Counted from the stretch's first letter, positions 13,937 to 28,792 are shown. The stretch: DNA of 64,000 nt from Eledone cirrhosa (GCA_964016885.1 OZ024745.1:63240001-63304000); one strand, 5' to 3'. Numbers and translations: made by a program. The notes: generated by a model not told the origin, from the letters alone.

Positions 13937-14382
13937 CTACATATTTTTGTATGTATGTATGAATTTGAAGTTATGTATGCATAAATAATATGCAATTACG
14001 TATATTTTCCGGAAGCGGTATTTCCCCTTTATAATTGCATAGCAGTCATACCGGAAACTTTCATTGATAATAATTATTTAATGGCGTATGTCTTCCAAAT
14101 TGGATTTAAGAAGTTAGGTTAATTTTATTGAAATATTTCTCTATGAACGGTTATGTGTACATTGAGGTGTGTGATATGTTGTGACATCCAGCCTGTTAAT
14201 TAAATTTTAGCGTGTGCTTGTATTGATCAAAACCTACTAATGCAGCGTAAGGTGAGGCTATGTTCGTTTGATTAAAGAAATCCAAACTAAATGTAAAAAT
14301 CAAGAATCAAAATTTGGCAATGAGTTTTATGACTATTCCTGTTTCAGTCTAATTAGAAAAGTATAGTACATATACACTGGCT

Positions 14383-14456
<74 letters not shown>

Positions 14457-14974
14457 CATGAATGTGTGGTTATTTGTCACTCCGCGTGTGTTTATTTTTT
14501 TTTTTCCAGTGTGTATGTGAGTACGGATTTGTGATGGGGTTTACCTATGTGTGTGTGTATGTGCATGCGTGTGTGTGAGTATGTGTGTGTGTGTGTGAAA
14601 TATATAGAGATTGCTTTTGATGCGTGGGCCAATTCAAATTACATGTAGACGGTAGTTTATTGATGAAATCGTTTGAATTGGTTTTTCCGACAGAAATATT
14701 AATGGCAAAATTCTTCATAATATTGTGAAGAATGCGATCTTATGCACTAATTCTGTTGTTCATGACTATTTGATGTTGGTTAAATCTCTTGTTTTCAGTT
14801 CGAATCATTCACGGTTACTGTTTTTTTCGTTTTACCGAAGGAATGATTGAAATAATTGTTTAAATAACCCCCACGTTGCACAGTTTAAGATGTTATGTTA
14901 AACGTTCGAATTAAGATCGTGGTGAAACAATAATATTTTTGAATTTTTGCTTACAAGTTACACATATATACCAC

Positions 14975-15340
14975 ATGGAATATCCTATCACTCCATCGCT
15001 CGAGGCAGCCACTCTGCTGTCCTCAGTGCTATCAAACTATAGAACAATACTGGCGGGACTCTCTGCAAGGCACCCTAGCCTGGCTGTGTTGAATTCATCG
15101 CAGGAGATCACTACCTTATCTGTAGGACTTCTGAGATGTGGCACTGCCCATGATATGCCCGTGCGCATGTCACTCATTAGATGGAACCCGGTTAGCAACC
15201 GTTTGTTCTTTGCCCGTTTTCTCCAGTGGCATGGGAATATGACTATCGGCGTTGCCTACAGGCTTATAGATGTTGCAGAGGACACTGTCAAGGACAAACA
15301 TTACGATTAGCTGCAACGGACGCTAATACCCCCACGTCCT
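14975..15340 (+). mobile_element. Decayed RTE-type LINE endonuclease fragment
   Basis: SLIRWNPVSNRLFFARF...MTIGVAY...AEDTVKDKHYD*LQ resembles RTE-clade APE. Confidence 0.65.
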
Positions 15341-16551
15341 TTCTCCCAAGCTCTTAAAGACGCGTGACATTTTGGTTTGTGGCTTCTCAGCTAACTCAGC
15401 TGAAATTAAATGTAACAGCTGTATGGATAACCCTGGAACCAAATGGAATTTAATCCGTTAGATGGGTCGTTTATTCCAGAGAAACCGTAATTAGCAACTT
15501 CCGTGGAGTTTGTGGTCTTGGGACAGATTACAACTCTTTCTTTTTATAGGAAGTATTACGGTTTTTCATGCTGCCACAACAATTAAGTCACCTCGGATAG
15601 AAACTTAATTCTCAATATTCCATTTCTATCGAAATAAGTTGATATAATCGAATTCATTTGAAGAATGTCATTAATACGCTGTCATTCTCCATACAATGTC
15701 ATTCCCCATCTGCCTTATCACAAGGGATTTTCTATGAAGATGTTATTTCATCAGGAGGACCTGTAAAAGCCATTTTACATGATAACCAATATCTTATTAA
15801 CAATCGCAATTTACAATCCCTTACAAGCAAAGTAGAATATATTAATTTAAATTACTTTGGCACTCCGTTTAAATTCGGATTAGAATTACACATATTTCTA
15901 CATCAAAGGTAATATATCAATTGCAATATAACAATTCTATAATATATAGCAATATTTATCCAGTAAACATTTTCCTTGTACAAGAAACGACATTTCATTT
16001 CACAATCTTTGTAAATTCATATCATTCACGGTTGTACTATTGATTACCGGATAGTTTCCACTGAATTTGTTAAAAACTGTCCAACATTTTTGAAACACAA
16101 TATTGGTATATTTCCTTTCACGCCGGGTTTCTTCTTTCCATTATTATAACTTAGAAAACTGTGTAATCGTAAATAGCATAAACGAGCAAAAAACATAGAA
16201 TTATATCTGCTTGTAATTTCATATAATTAAGTCGTATTATGAAGAAGTAAATATTCCCTCAATATAATCAGACCGTAATAAATGCCCTGAAATCTTGTCA
16301 CTATATTCAGCTTAAAATTTCCAAAGTTTCGATTTGCATTTATTAATATTGCGTCCCTATAATAGATGATATTATATCTCCTTCCAATATGTGTTCTTTA
16401 AAGACATTAGCATTTAAACTTGCGTACTTGGATACATAATACATATTCATAATGTTACGTGAAATGCGAGTGTAATTGTATTATATACGTACACTTGATA
16501 TATACCAAGTGTATTTCGAGGACAATGGATTTCTTGAATTTACATGATGTA

Positions 16552-16611
<60 letters not shown>

Positions 16612-17269
16612 TATGTGTGTGTGTGTGTACGTGCGTGAGCGTATATGTTTATAGGCAAATACACCTCAGTACGTTTCATCACAAAATAGATAGATATATT
16701 TTAATTAATTTTGTCAAAGCGTTAATGATTGAAAACCATATAAACATTTGCGAGTATATGTGAACAAAATTTTAGTGTATTTGCTACTACTACTATAACA
16801 TATTCAAATGCTGAAAATCCATATTTATCTATATGGTTTCGTCCTCAGTTTCAGCGTTATTCCTCGTATGGCGACTTTTCAGAATTAAATTTCTCAATAA
16901 GCACTTCCAATAACCCCAAATTATATAATTCTCTTTCTCGGGAATTTTAGCTATAATTTAATTATCGGCAGTTTTAAACACAAGATTGTGATTTATTTTC
17001 AGTTCACTGTTAGAAAATTATTCCACAGATTACTATATATAGTTACAACTTCAACAGCGATATTAGTTTATATATCTCAATAATATTTATGTATAGATGG
17101 TGAGATTGCTTACAATACTTATTTTAGCGATAGCGAAAGTTGACTGGGAAATGCCACCTTAACGTGTTTAGAACTCTGATCTAAAAACGATATATTGTCT
17201 GCTGCACTAGTGTCTCTTCTATATAACGACATGTGGATTTTGGAAGTGATAAATATAATTGATTTAATA

Positions 17270-17530
17270 AAATGACGTAAAGACCTGTTATCTATATCAG
17301 AATGCGCAATCTGGTAGATTTGAAAACGAAAAATCGTTAGATGACAGAAAATGAGGAAACAAAGCAGTCGACCGCGATTGATTAGCCTCAGGGATGGCAA
17401 GTAGCTGATTAGAGTCGTGAAATCAAATAGAAATAAGCCACTTGAAGACATTACATGTAAATTTAATGAAAAAAGGTAACCCACTGAGAGAGTCAATCGT
17501 AAAATAATGGAAAATCTCACTACAACATTC
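17270..17530 (+). mobile_element. Tc1-like transposase remnant (HTH region)
   Basis: Manual translation SRPRLISLRDGK*LIRVVKSNRNKPLEDITCKFNE resembles the GRPR-linker/HTH2 region of Tc1. Confidence 0.45.
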
Positions 17531-17743
17531 TTATTAGAGATGACTAGTGCGGAAATAAATTGTGGTTACCGAAGTAAAGAGAAAGAATAAAAAAAAATAT
17601 AACGACTGGTGTTGTGACTACAAAAGAGAAAACTATCTGTATATAAATATTCAATATCTGTTTACACACACACACATACACACACATACACACACGCACA
17701 CACACAAACACACACACACATACAAACACACACAGACACACAG

Positions 17744-17903
<160 letters not shown>

Positions 17904-18937
17904 ATATATATATATTTATAATCAAGCATTGCACCAAGAAAAATAAAACATCGGCGTAAAGAGATTAGGAATTTATATATGTATATTATATACCTCGAGT
18001 TGTAATTGGATATATTAATAGCATGTTATGTGAGACATTTCAAAAGCTAAATACCGCCCACAGCATATATATGTGCCATTCATAAGAGATTTTAAACTTT
18101 TATGATCGAGCGTTGTTCTTTTTTTATTATGAGTTAGTACACTAACCTGAAATTGAAAACTACATATACATCAATGTGAACGTGAATTTAAAATAAAAAT
18201 GATATGCTTTCCTTAACTTCGGCCCTATATTACATCGATGAACTTAAAAAGAATACATTCGATTAACAAGGGAGTTCTGAGCCCTTAATTTCTATATTAG
18301 TTGGTTATTCTATCAAATGATATATAGATATCTTCAGCTTTACCAAGTAAATATTACTATATTGTATTAGGGGTTATTTCTCTAATATTTCCTTTTAGCT
18401 ACTCGTATAAGTCGCAGCTATATTTGAATTTTAGAACAACTATTAATGAAGAAATAAGCTACAAATATGTTTAAAATATGAAATGTGTTTTCGAAAGAAA
18501 TTTGATATATGTTCAATGACATTAATCGACCTTGAAAACCGTTGTAAAACGAACAAAATGAAATCATGTTCCACAATGTTGTGGAACGTGTGCAAACAGA
18601 GACAGGTAAAAGAATAAATAAATAAATAAAATACAGATGGCGTAGACATTACAATACAACGGGGGGAAACATAATAGTTCAACTGATGGTGCCACTGGTG
18701 TGTGATGAAAGAACTTTTAACTTTCATAGACTATATACATATATACTTACATCTGTATTTTAAAACGTTTGTCAATCAATGTTTCCCATTGATTGCCAAA
18801 TAAATTAACTATAGGGATATAAAAACTACAGAAGCGAAACCCACTCTAAACCAAACAGTGAGTGTGTTTTATTATTATTTCTGGGAATATTATAACACTA
18901 TGACATTCCCCAAATATAACTATATATATATATATAT

Positions 18938-19137
18938 AGTGGTAGAACACTGGAAGGTAATATCCGTAGTGGTAGAGCACTCAGTGCATGGGACGAGTTA
19001 GGTAGAAGTGGTTACACAACAGTTAGTTCACCATACCGAGAACAATTATTTCACCTTAGCGGATCCTCAGCCGAGGATCCTCTAAGGTGAAACAATTGTT
19101 CTCTGTATGGTGAACTAACTGTTGTGTAACCACTTCT
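18938..19137 (-). repeat. Fold-back element (19004-19137, centre ~19070) with a hammerhead core in each arm; same family as 27817-28012
   Basis: Minus strand: CTGAGGA-tccgctaaggt-GAAA-taattg-TT-ctcgg. Plus strand: CCGAGGA...GAAA-caattg-TT. Confidence 0.8.
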
Positions 19138-19140
19138 CTC

Positions 19141-19273
<133 letters not shown>

Positions 19274-19505
19274 ATATGGATGTATATATATATATATATG
19301 GGGGGGGCATAACAAACTAACTGACATTAAAAATAATAAAGTAATGAAGAAACACGTAGCAGCCAATGTCAGATGAGTCCAAATCAATTTAATTTGAATA
19401 TATATATATATATCGATAAACAGACATTCGAATGTATACACGTACGCACACATACGCATTCACTCACAAACGCACACACCTATTCATACATATAGGCTAC
19501 TGCTA

Positions 19506-19593
<88 letters not shown>

Positions 19594-20639
19594 ATGTGTG
19601 TGTGTGTGTCTGTGTGTCTGTGTATATATGTGTGTGTGTGTGACTGTGTGCGCCCGCGTATGTGTGTGTAGAGAGAAATAACTAACAGAGTGAGGCAGAT
19701 AACGAGATAGATAGGCTGAATTGTGATGTGAGAGTGAAGTGTAAGTTATTTATACATGTGCGTCTATCTTTTGCTTTCGTGTGTGTGTGCGTTAATGTAT
19801 GTATGTGTGCAATGTGTGTGTATGTGAGTGTGTTATATGCCTATGACACACACGTATATATCTCTGGAAAATAAAACAGAAAAAAACATGGCTGTCAGCG
19901 ATAGTTCAGAAATAGATATGATATAAATAACAATTTTTGTTTGTTTATTTTATAACTTTCTGAGAATGAATAATATAGGATTGACTTCATGTGGAGTGTT
20001 CGTACATATAGCAGCGCCGAAACAAATGGATAGATTATGGGAGTTTATTAGATGGCTGTACAAGTGGACTTGGAAAAATAATTAAAGGATTTGTGACCTG
20101 CAGCTATCACATTGTAGCTGTCTTTGTGAGCGTCATAGTAGAATCAAATGAAGAGTCAAAAAATTCCTGGTCCAGAATTTCAAGTATGTTGTTTATTGAT
20201 TGGCGGTCAATATAATTGGTACCCTTTTTTGTTACCGCTCTTAGATATTCAAACGTATGTTGATTACGTTTCGGCTGAGACCTTTACTCCAATTCGTGTT
20301 AACTCTTGTCTCTTAAGAGATTTAGGTATTATTGAATGCTAAAATATGTCTTACCCTGAAGAGACATAGTAGTGTTTCAGATGCTATGTTTTGCGAAGAA
20401 TGGACAGGATTGATTGTGTGGTTTGCTTTATTGGTGGTTTTGAGGGTTTGTCTATATTTGAGTGTTATCAACAAATATAAGAGAGATGTGGATAGTGTGC
20501 TGTACTTGTAAAATAGGTATAAAGTTATTAAGTTTACAATTAGTAGAATATTAGTTAATACTTGCTAATATGTCTATGCTGAAGTGGGTAAATTACATAA
20601 TGTCAATCCAACATATTAAAAAAATATTTCTGACATAGA

Positions 20640-20760
20640 CATTTTACGTTCTGATCTGAAATCCCACCGATGTTCGCTTTGCTTTTCATCCTGGGTCGAT
20701 TTAATCGACTTTCCCCCGCAAAAAGATTGCTGGCCTTGTGCCTAAGCCAGAAGCCATTAT
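20640..20760 (+). mobile_element. Diverged tRNA-type SINE
   Basis: ttacgttctgatctgaaatcccaccga...ctttgcttttcatcc...gctggccttgtgcctaa. Confidence 0.75.
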
Positions 20761-20860
20761 TTTGTAATGTTGCATATATCCCTTATCATATATATTATAT
20801 TTTTCAATATAGTTCGTCTAACACTAACATATATATTAGCATTAACTAAATGTTAGCGTA

Positions 20861-21820
20861 TCTGTTAGACACGCTGTGACTAACAACAGAATGTTTTGAG
20901 TCTGCGTGTCTGACATACATGCGTAGCTGCTGAATAAAAATTTCAAGGGGTATCGCTGGCCGTGGTGATCCCTCCCAAACATCTTTTGTAATGTATCGTC
21001 TTATTGGCTAATTTCATCGGCTTATTGGCTAATCAACCAACGAGAGTCATTGTTGCTCAAAAGCATCCTCCACTTTGTTTGCACGTCTATTTATGGTTTC
21101 GCTTTCGAATTTTCCTCCAGTATTTCGTCGTATATAATCAAAATATATTTCTCGTTTGGTAAATTATATTGTTAATTTATATATGATTTTTTAAATTTAT
21201 ATTAACTATTAAAAGTCTGAACATATTTTTATACATCTTACAATAATATTTATAAGATCATTTATAAAATAACAATTATATAATCTAATTACATTACAAC
21301 GAGAATTTATTATTAATATATATCATGTTTAACTAGAGTTATTACAAGCGTTGCCTTAAAAAAATATTAAACTAGACCTGAAAAATGCGCAAGCTCATAA
21401 GAGCCACAGAATGTTATAATAAACCTTCAAAAGTGTGGGACTAGAGTTGTTGCTAAGAAATATTGTAATCATTATCTATCGTACACTCTATGGCATCCTT
21501 TTATAAAATATAAAGAGACTCATAACGAACTCAAGACGACACGATAATTATTTAAGTGAATTTATAATATAGAATTCGGTTTAAGTGCATATCGTATTAT
21601 TCATTACTAAACATCTAATATGAGATATTGAACATTAGATTAAATAATTATCGTGTCGTCTTGAGTTCGTTATGAGTCTCTTTTTTTATAAAAGGATGCC
21701 ACAGAGTGTACGATAGATAATGATTACAATATGTTTGAGCAACAACTCTAGTCCCACACTTTTGAAGGTTTATTATAACATTCTGTGGCTCAATTGGGCT
21801 TGCGCATTTTTCAGGTCTAG
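20861..21820 (+). mobile_element. Non-autonomous Helitron-like element, copy 2
   Basis: A|TCtgttag...ggctcaattgggc...CTAG|T. Inverted arms ~21372-21554 and ~21640-21820. Lacks roughly 250 bp present in copy 1. Confidence 0.65.
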
Positions 21821-23292
21821 TTAAATATCACTCCAATCGATTTTTTAATTATGGCGATCCATAAGAAAGTACCAGGTTGTCTGGTCAAGAGAACTTCTTA
21901 TTCATTACATTAATGTATAGAATAATCATAAATGACGAAGAAGTTCGTAAAATCAGTATTAGCGAGTATTGGTGGGATACCGGGAAAGTTGGGCCATCAA
22001 TTACACAAACACAAACGTAGATCCCCCCAAAGGATAACCGGTAGTGTGAGTATTTGAGGAGATTGGTGTCGATACTGGTTATGAATCTCAAACAGAAGGA
22101 AGTTGGTTTATTTTATAATGTAAGTGACGATTATAATGGTAATAAACGAAAAATGTGTCACTGGAGCTAGAAGCAAGGAAAGGGTTGGGAACAATGACGT
22201 GGTTAGCTTGAGTTCGATGTGAAGCAGAAATAGGTTACGTATGATGTTGAAAGAGTGGTGGAGAGGTTTAGTTTCAATTTGGGGCAATATCTCAAAGTTA
22301 TCATTGATGCTGTCTGATGAAATTAACCAGATATATCAACAGGTACAGCAATTGTGATGCAGGAGGGTCAAGGATTATCGACCAGGTGGCAGTTAGGCGG
22401 ATCACGTTACGCAAATTTTATACGGTACGTGACTAAAACGTAAGATTATCCAAAATTTCACACATTGGTGCGATGGGGTTGGATCTTGGCGTCAAGGCAA
22501 ACAGGCAGTTATTATATCTCATGAGTATCATCTCGTCATCGATAATTTAAGCTGTGTATTCCCATAGCCCAGTATCTTTCTGTATCCACGGGTGGAAGGT
22601 CACATTAGATCCTATCCTTCTGGTCTTCCCCTGAGGTATACGTAATTCTGCAAGGAGGTGTGTAAGATATTTAGTTGGATTTTAACTGGTAGATTGATGT
22701 TTTTCTTGACGATTGCAAGGTGGAAAAATGGGATAATGAATAATTCTAGAGGGCTGATTTTAACAGGTGGGGTGGGGGTAAACGAATGAGTATAGAGATA
22801 AGAGCAGGAGATGCTGATATAATCAGAATTATTGGAGATAGAGGGAAGAGATAAGTCGAAGTGACATTGAAAAGGATGTGGAAGGAGACCAGAAGCTTCG
22901 AGGAGCATATTCCACTATTGTAGAAACGATTCTGTTTCAAAGGGAATCTACGCCTGCGTTCTGTGGCATATATTAGGATGTGATCTTGAATGTATCAATA
23001 CAAAGTTGCTGCACAGCCGTAGAAAATAGAAGAGTCGTTTATAGATCTTTTAGAAACTTTTAGGAGAGTGTGCGATTCTAATTACATGCATAATGTATGT
23101 GATTAAGATGCAAGGGCAGTCGATAATATGTGATACTTTCAGGTTGTGGAGGTTATATCAACAGATATAACCTCCACAGAGTGTTGTTTTGCTTTTGTTT
23201 TGCGTGTAGTGAGAATTTAATTTGTGCGATTTCTTTTCATTTTTCCTATGAAATGAAATATATTTAGCTTCACTTTCATTATTATTCCTAAT

Positions 23293-23480
23293 TGAGGGCG
23301 GTGAATTGGCAGTAGCGGTAGAGGGTTGGACGCCATGCTTTCTAGCATAGTTACGTCCCTTTACAGTCTGAGTTCAAATCCCGCCGAGGTTAACTTTGCC
23401 TTTCATCCTTACGGGGTCGATAAAATAAAGTTCCAGTAATGTACTGAGTAATTGCTGGTCTTGTGCCTAAAGTAGAAACA
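23293..23480 (+). mobile_element. Full-length tRNA-type SINE with a 15-bp TSD
   Basis: A-box-like tggcagtagcggtag and B-box gttcaaatccc. TSD attattattcctaat at 23278-23292 and 23481-23495. Confidence 0.9.
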
Positions 23481-23967
23481 ATTATTATTCCTAATAGAAA
23501 TATTTTGCTCCATTTGCGTAGCTAATTGCATTTATAAAGTGAGTTAATAGAACATTTTTAATTTCACATCATGCAATAGTAAAGTAGATGACATACGCTT
23601 TATATCAACTACGATTCCTAGATCATCATCACAGTGCTTATATCCATATAGTACAAGTATATATGCTCAAAATACCAGAAGCTCTTTCTATTCAGCTAAA
23701 TATTTTGAAATTTCCTAACTCGAAAGGTAATAAAGCATATATTAAATGTATAAGTACGTTTCCATAACCATAGTAACACTGAACATATAATAGCATTGGT
23801 TAATTACTTTTGTATGAGATTCGTCATTTAATCCATGCTATATCTTCGGCAACATATTATCGTGAATACTAACCATGGGAGTAGAAAGACCTTCCTAATT
23901 TATATCAACAAACTTGAACAAATGTGTTGCAGAAGTGAGACTGATAGTAAAGTTGATATAATATTTA

Positions 23968-24270
23968 ATATAAGAGAGGGATGAACACCAATACAAGTAT
24001 ATATGTGTTCGAATTGCAAATGACCAAGTTAGCTAGGTTGAAAAATACTAATTTAAAACAATATTTGCCCAATATAGGTTTGTTATTTTTATTGATTTAT
24101 TACTTTAAAACAAGACAGGCGAACCATATTGTTTTAAATTAGTATTTTTCAACCTAGCTAACTTGGTCATTTGCAATTCGAACACATGTATACTTGTATT
24201 GGTGTTCATCCTTCTCATATATTCAATTGTATTGCACGGCTCGGGAAGATTCCCTTCCTTGAGCTATTTA
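23968..24270. repeat. Fold-back element: arms ~23968-24064 and ~24126-24223, plus a tail with a small hairpin
   Basis: About 97-bp inverted repeat. No hammerhead core seen. Confidence 0.85.
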
Positions 24271-25742
24271 ATTGTAAAAGACTATTTTGAGTTTCTAACT
24301 CAATATATGATACAATATTTGATATATTAATTAGGCATGGGAAAACTATGTATAGAAACATGAAACAAGTCAAAACAAGTCAAAACAATCATATACGTTT
24401 CTTATTAAGACAGAAAACATGTTCCCCTCTATATTTCATTGTTATTACGAAAAACAATGAATGAAAATTTATGAAATTTGATTAATTTTTCTGTGATTTT
24501 TTGTAGATTTTAAAATATTTCTCAAATAACTTTTTACGTTAACTAATAATTATAACAGGAAATTTAGAGTATTGTTAAAATAAGCAAACACATATTTAAT
24601 GCCACACATTCTTTTCATGTTCATGTCTAGATTTATTGATTTTTGGAACATTTAAACAGTTTTCAGAGACTCGAGATATCCCATAGATCTAAACAATATC
24701 AGTCTATTACGTTTACTAGATTATTTCAATCAATGAGAACTTCATAACAAAGTGAAACCCTCCTTGGTCTATAAAAGGGTCTTAATTAATCTATATCTTT
24801 GTAGTTATTCCACTCCACCTGTATTGCTTATTGGATTACATTACAAATTGAATAGTCGGTGAAAGTCGTTATTGTTTATTCTCTAAATCATGAGCTTAAT
24901 TATCCAACGACAGATAAGGCTCATAAAAAAAATGAAATGCATTAAATATGCTTTAACGTATGATACATTAATAAACAGTCCATTTAACGTCTAGCTGTCA
25001 TTTCTTGAATTATTAAACCCACCTAATATTAATGGAAATAACGCAATAAATATTAAAATATGTTCAATATGATCTGATTAAAATATGTGCAATGAAGTGT
25101 AGTATGTGTCATATTAATTCGATCTAAATAATGTTTTCTGTATAATTAATAATGGGCTAAAAAAGATGTAATTCAAACCAGGAAAGCTTATATTAAATGG
25201 ATTTCTACCAAGTTATACCCGATGACAGTACGCAATAATCATCACATATATTTTGAAATACGCCTTTTAATAGTCAAATCTAATTTGACAATCTTACGAG
25301 TTTCTTTTTTTTTTTTTATCAATTATCTGCGAACCTCTAGTTTCTCTCTATATATTGCTGCAACAAAATATCCGATAAATAGACATTGTAGCCTTCTGGC
25401 ATCGTCATTCCATTTAACATACCTATAAATGAATTAACAGGGCGGCTTTTATATGGTGCAGGCATCATGTAAGAAATAACAGTCAAATGTTTTCAATCTT
25501 CATCCAGCAAGATAGAAAAGAGTACGTTGGATTGTGCGATTCGATATGCAGTATTGGAAAGAAAATGGGATGGTTAAAATACGAATGGCATTTGACCATT
25601 GGTCACCTTAAACATGGTTACTAAGTATTTTCCTTGATCATTAAAGGTATCAAATAACATATGTTTGACTAACCCACAAGGAACAGAAAGATGTTTTTTA
25701 TAAGATTTGAATTTTACGATCATCTACTTGTTCGGCGTTAAT

Positions 25743-25924
25743 GGTGGATTGGCAGTATCGGTAGAGGGTCGGACGCCATGCTTGACGTATAGAGTTACGG
25801 CCCTTGCCATTCTGAGTTCGAATCCCGCCAAGGTTAACTTTGCCTTTCATCCTTATGGGGTTGATAAAATAAAGTACCAGTAATACACTGGGTAATTGCT
25901 GGCCTTGTGCCAAAAGTAGAAACA
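25743..25924 (+). mobile_element. tRNA-type SINE
   Basis: Near full-length match to the copy at 23293; short TSD gttaatg. Confidence 0.88.
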
Positions 25925-26321
25925 GTTAATGTATGTTTACAGGAATATAGATCTGTATTTGCTATTTAGGATGACATTAGTTCTAATTATAAAATGATAT
26001 ATCATGAGAGAGAGAGTATAAAAAGTACATTTAATACCATATTATGTAATGGGCTGTGAAACTTCAATTAGCGGAGATTTCCTTGCATTTAATAGTTCGT
26101 AACATCATGTAGGATTCTTTAAAATTCTAAAAACAAGCCAATGCGATGTTTCGAAACTAAAGATGAAATTGAAGATGAAAACGAAAAGAAAAAAGGCTGG
26201 TGAAAGAGGGAAACATATTTAGGTGTAATTTGTTGTGGTTAATTTAACCCGGATGATATTGCTGTGAGTAGAAATTACTGAAATAGAGGGACTGTAATGC
26301 CAAGTGATAAGTGGGAGATAA

Positions 26322-26427
26322 TTGTTTCTACTTTAGGCACAAGGCCAGCTATTATCCAGTGCATTACTGGTACTTTATTTTATCGACCCCGTAAGGATGA
26401 AAAGCAAAGTCAACCTCGGCGGGGTTG
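26322..26427 (-). mobile_element. tRNA-type SINE, 5'-truncated
   Basis: Match to the family 3' half; TSD agtgggagataat on both sides. Confidence 0.85.
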
Positions 26428-26446
26428 AGTGGGAGATAATGATTAT

Positions 26447-26544
26447 GAAGAAGAAGAAGAAGAAGAAGAAGAAGAAGAAGAAGAAGAAGAAGAAGAAGAA
26501 GAAGAAGAAGAAGAAGAAGAAGAAGAGCAACAACAACCACAACC

Positions 26545-26577
<33 letters not shown>
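26447..26577. repeat. (GAA)n-(CAA)n compound microsatellite
   Basis: Direct reading. Confidence 0.95.
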
Positions 26578-27708
26578 TGAAGGAGAAGAAGCAGAAGACG
26601 TGTTATATTGATTTATAATTCATGATGTTTTCTATATTATTTCTGCTTGAGTGCAAATGTCTGCATCTGATAGACGCATAACCTTATAATTTCACTATCT
26701 TATAGATTACTAAATTATGTGTAAATTATATTTCACTCAGACTAGTTACCCAATGTTAAACCAGTGGAATAGATAGATAATATAACTACATGGGTTAATT
26801 AATTGTCATTCATTACCCATTGGTATAAATTTGATCTGTAAATAAATAAATAAATTATTAAGATTACAAAGCTGCATTGTAATTTACTGCGTACCACATG
26901 CTTTCCAATATACTTCACTTATTATTACACGAAAACCGTTGATCTCAACTATTAAATATATCAAACATTAAATATTTATACTTTGTAAATTAGAACATCA
27001 TTATGAATAAATATATAATGCATAGATTTTGTGACTAAAAACCCGATGTAATGTGTGATGCATTGCTTACTGAAATTTATCTTGGTTCTGAAACAATTTA
27101 CATAAATTCCAATTTAAACAAAATGCAAATGGCATATTTAAAACTATCTGCGCATGTTTTAGTTATTTGATGTCAGATGAAGCAATTCCCCTGCAGAGCA
27201 GATCAAAACAGATCAGAAATTCCATAGAGTTACATCATATGAAGCAAACCTACACAGAAACACTAATTCTAATATCGACTGATCAATAATTCGTATCCAT
27301 AATTGCTGTCAACTACATGTACTATTGGGGGAAATGAGAAATCACAAATTGTTTTAAGAACTGCATATCTTTAATATCGATCTTGAAATACATTATAAAC
27401 GCCAGATTGGAAATAATCAGTAGCTGGGGGACTTAGAAACATACTGCAATTATTAGCAAATCGGTCGAATATCATCGTTGTTCTGCGTTCGACAGTGTCA
27501 GCTTAATCTTTGGAAATAAATACTGTAGGCCGCTGATCCGAGAATAATTTTTCGCAATAGAGAGATAGAGAAAAAGAGAGTAGACGGAAAAGAAGGAATG
27601 AAGAATAAAAATAAAGAGATGACTGATTGAGAGAAATATAGATATATCGAGATGAGCTTTAAATTTAATTTGAGTAATGATTTTGATTACCTTCACCTCA
27701 AGCATGCA

Positions 27709-28012
<304 letters not shown>

Positions 28013-28076
28013 ATATATATATATAAGAAAAAGTGTAAGTCGACAAGGTAAAATTAGCTTCGTTTATTCCTATTCG

Positions 28077-28133
28077 CTGCTATATCTATTTCAGTGATAG
28101 CCATTATTCAACAGATATGACCTCATCAGGCAG
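28077..28133 (-). ncRNA. Type I hammerhead ribozyme
   Basis: ctgc-CTGATGA-ggtcata...tatcact-GAAA-tagata-TA-gcag. Core intact, stem I perfect, ~50 nt from a (TA)n tract. Confidence 0.72.
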
Positions 28134-28536
28134 TAAGAACTTGAACAGAAAATACAGGAAAACATGTTGTAATAGATTTTACCTTGTTAATTGATTGATA
28201 TGCTCAGATCCAGATTGTTGTGTTAGTCTTCTAAGGAACTGAAAGCATGTCATAAGAATTGCATTCATGAGAATTGCGTATCTGTTTAATTACACATTTT
28301 GAGGAAGTGCATCTCAGAATCTATCTAAGATGAAAGGGAGTCTTTAAAAGAAAGATAATCCGTATGTAAATTTACTGGATATATGCGTGTATGAGCGTGT
28401 GTGTGTATGTGTGTGCGTTTCTATATATCTGTGTGATCAACCATGGTATACCTGGCATTGGTATGAGATGACCAACACAGAGACTGCGAGTGGGTAACAC
28501 TTTCGGTATATATATATATATTTATATATATATGTG

Positions 28537-28638
<102 letters not shown>

Positions 28639-28689
28639 CGCGTGTGTGTGCGTGTGTGTGTGTGTGTATACATATGCCCTTGAAACATT

Positions 28690-28732
28690 AAAACTGCGAA
28701 CGCCGAACCGCGAATACTTGGGGGCACAGAGT
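28690..28732 (-). mobile_element. Possible pogo/Tigger-like TIR remnant
   Basis: ta-ctctgtgcccccaagtattcgcggttcggcgttcgc within (TA)n; single end only. Confidence 0.3.
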
Positions 28733-28740
28733 ATATATAC

Positions 28741-28789
<49 letters not shown>

Positions 28790-28792
28790 CCG

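Noticed and set aside
21372-21420. ctgaaaa...gaatg as a hammerhead in the Helitron-like arm
   Set aside because: No GAAA-stem III-UH and no stem I; the hairpin plus CTAG reading fits better.
21830-23160. Purine-skewed stretch that may be a decayed retroelement
   Set aside because: No diagnostic motif recoverable by eye.
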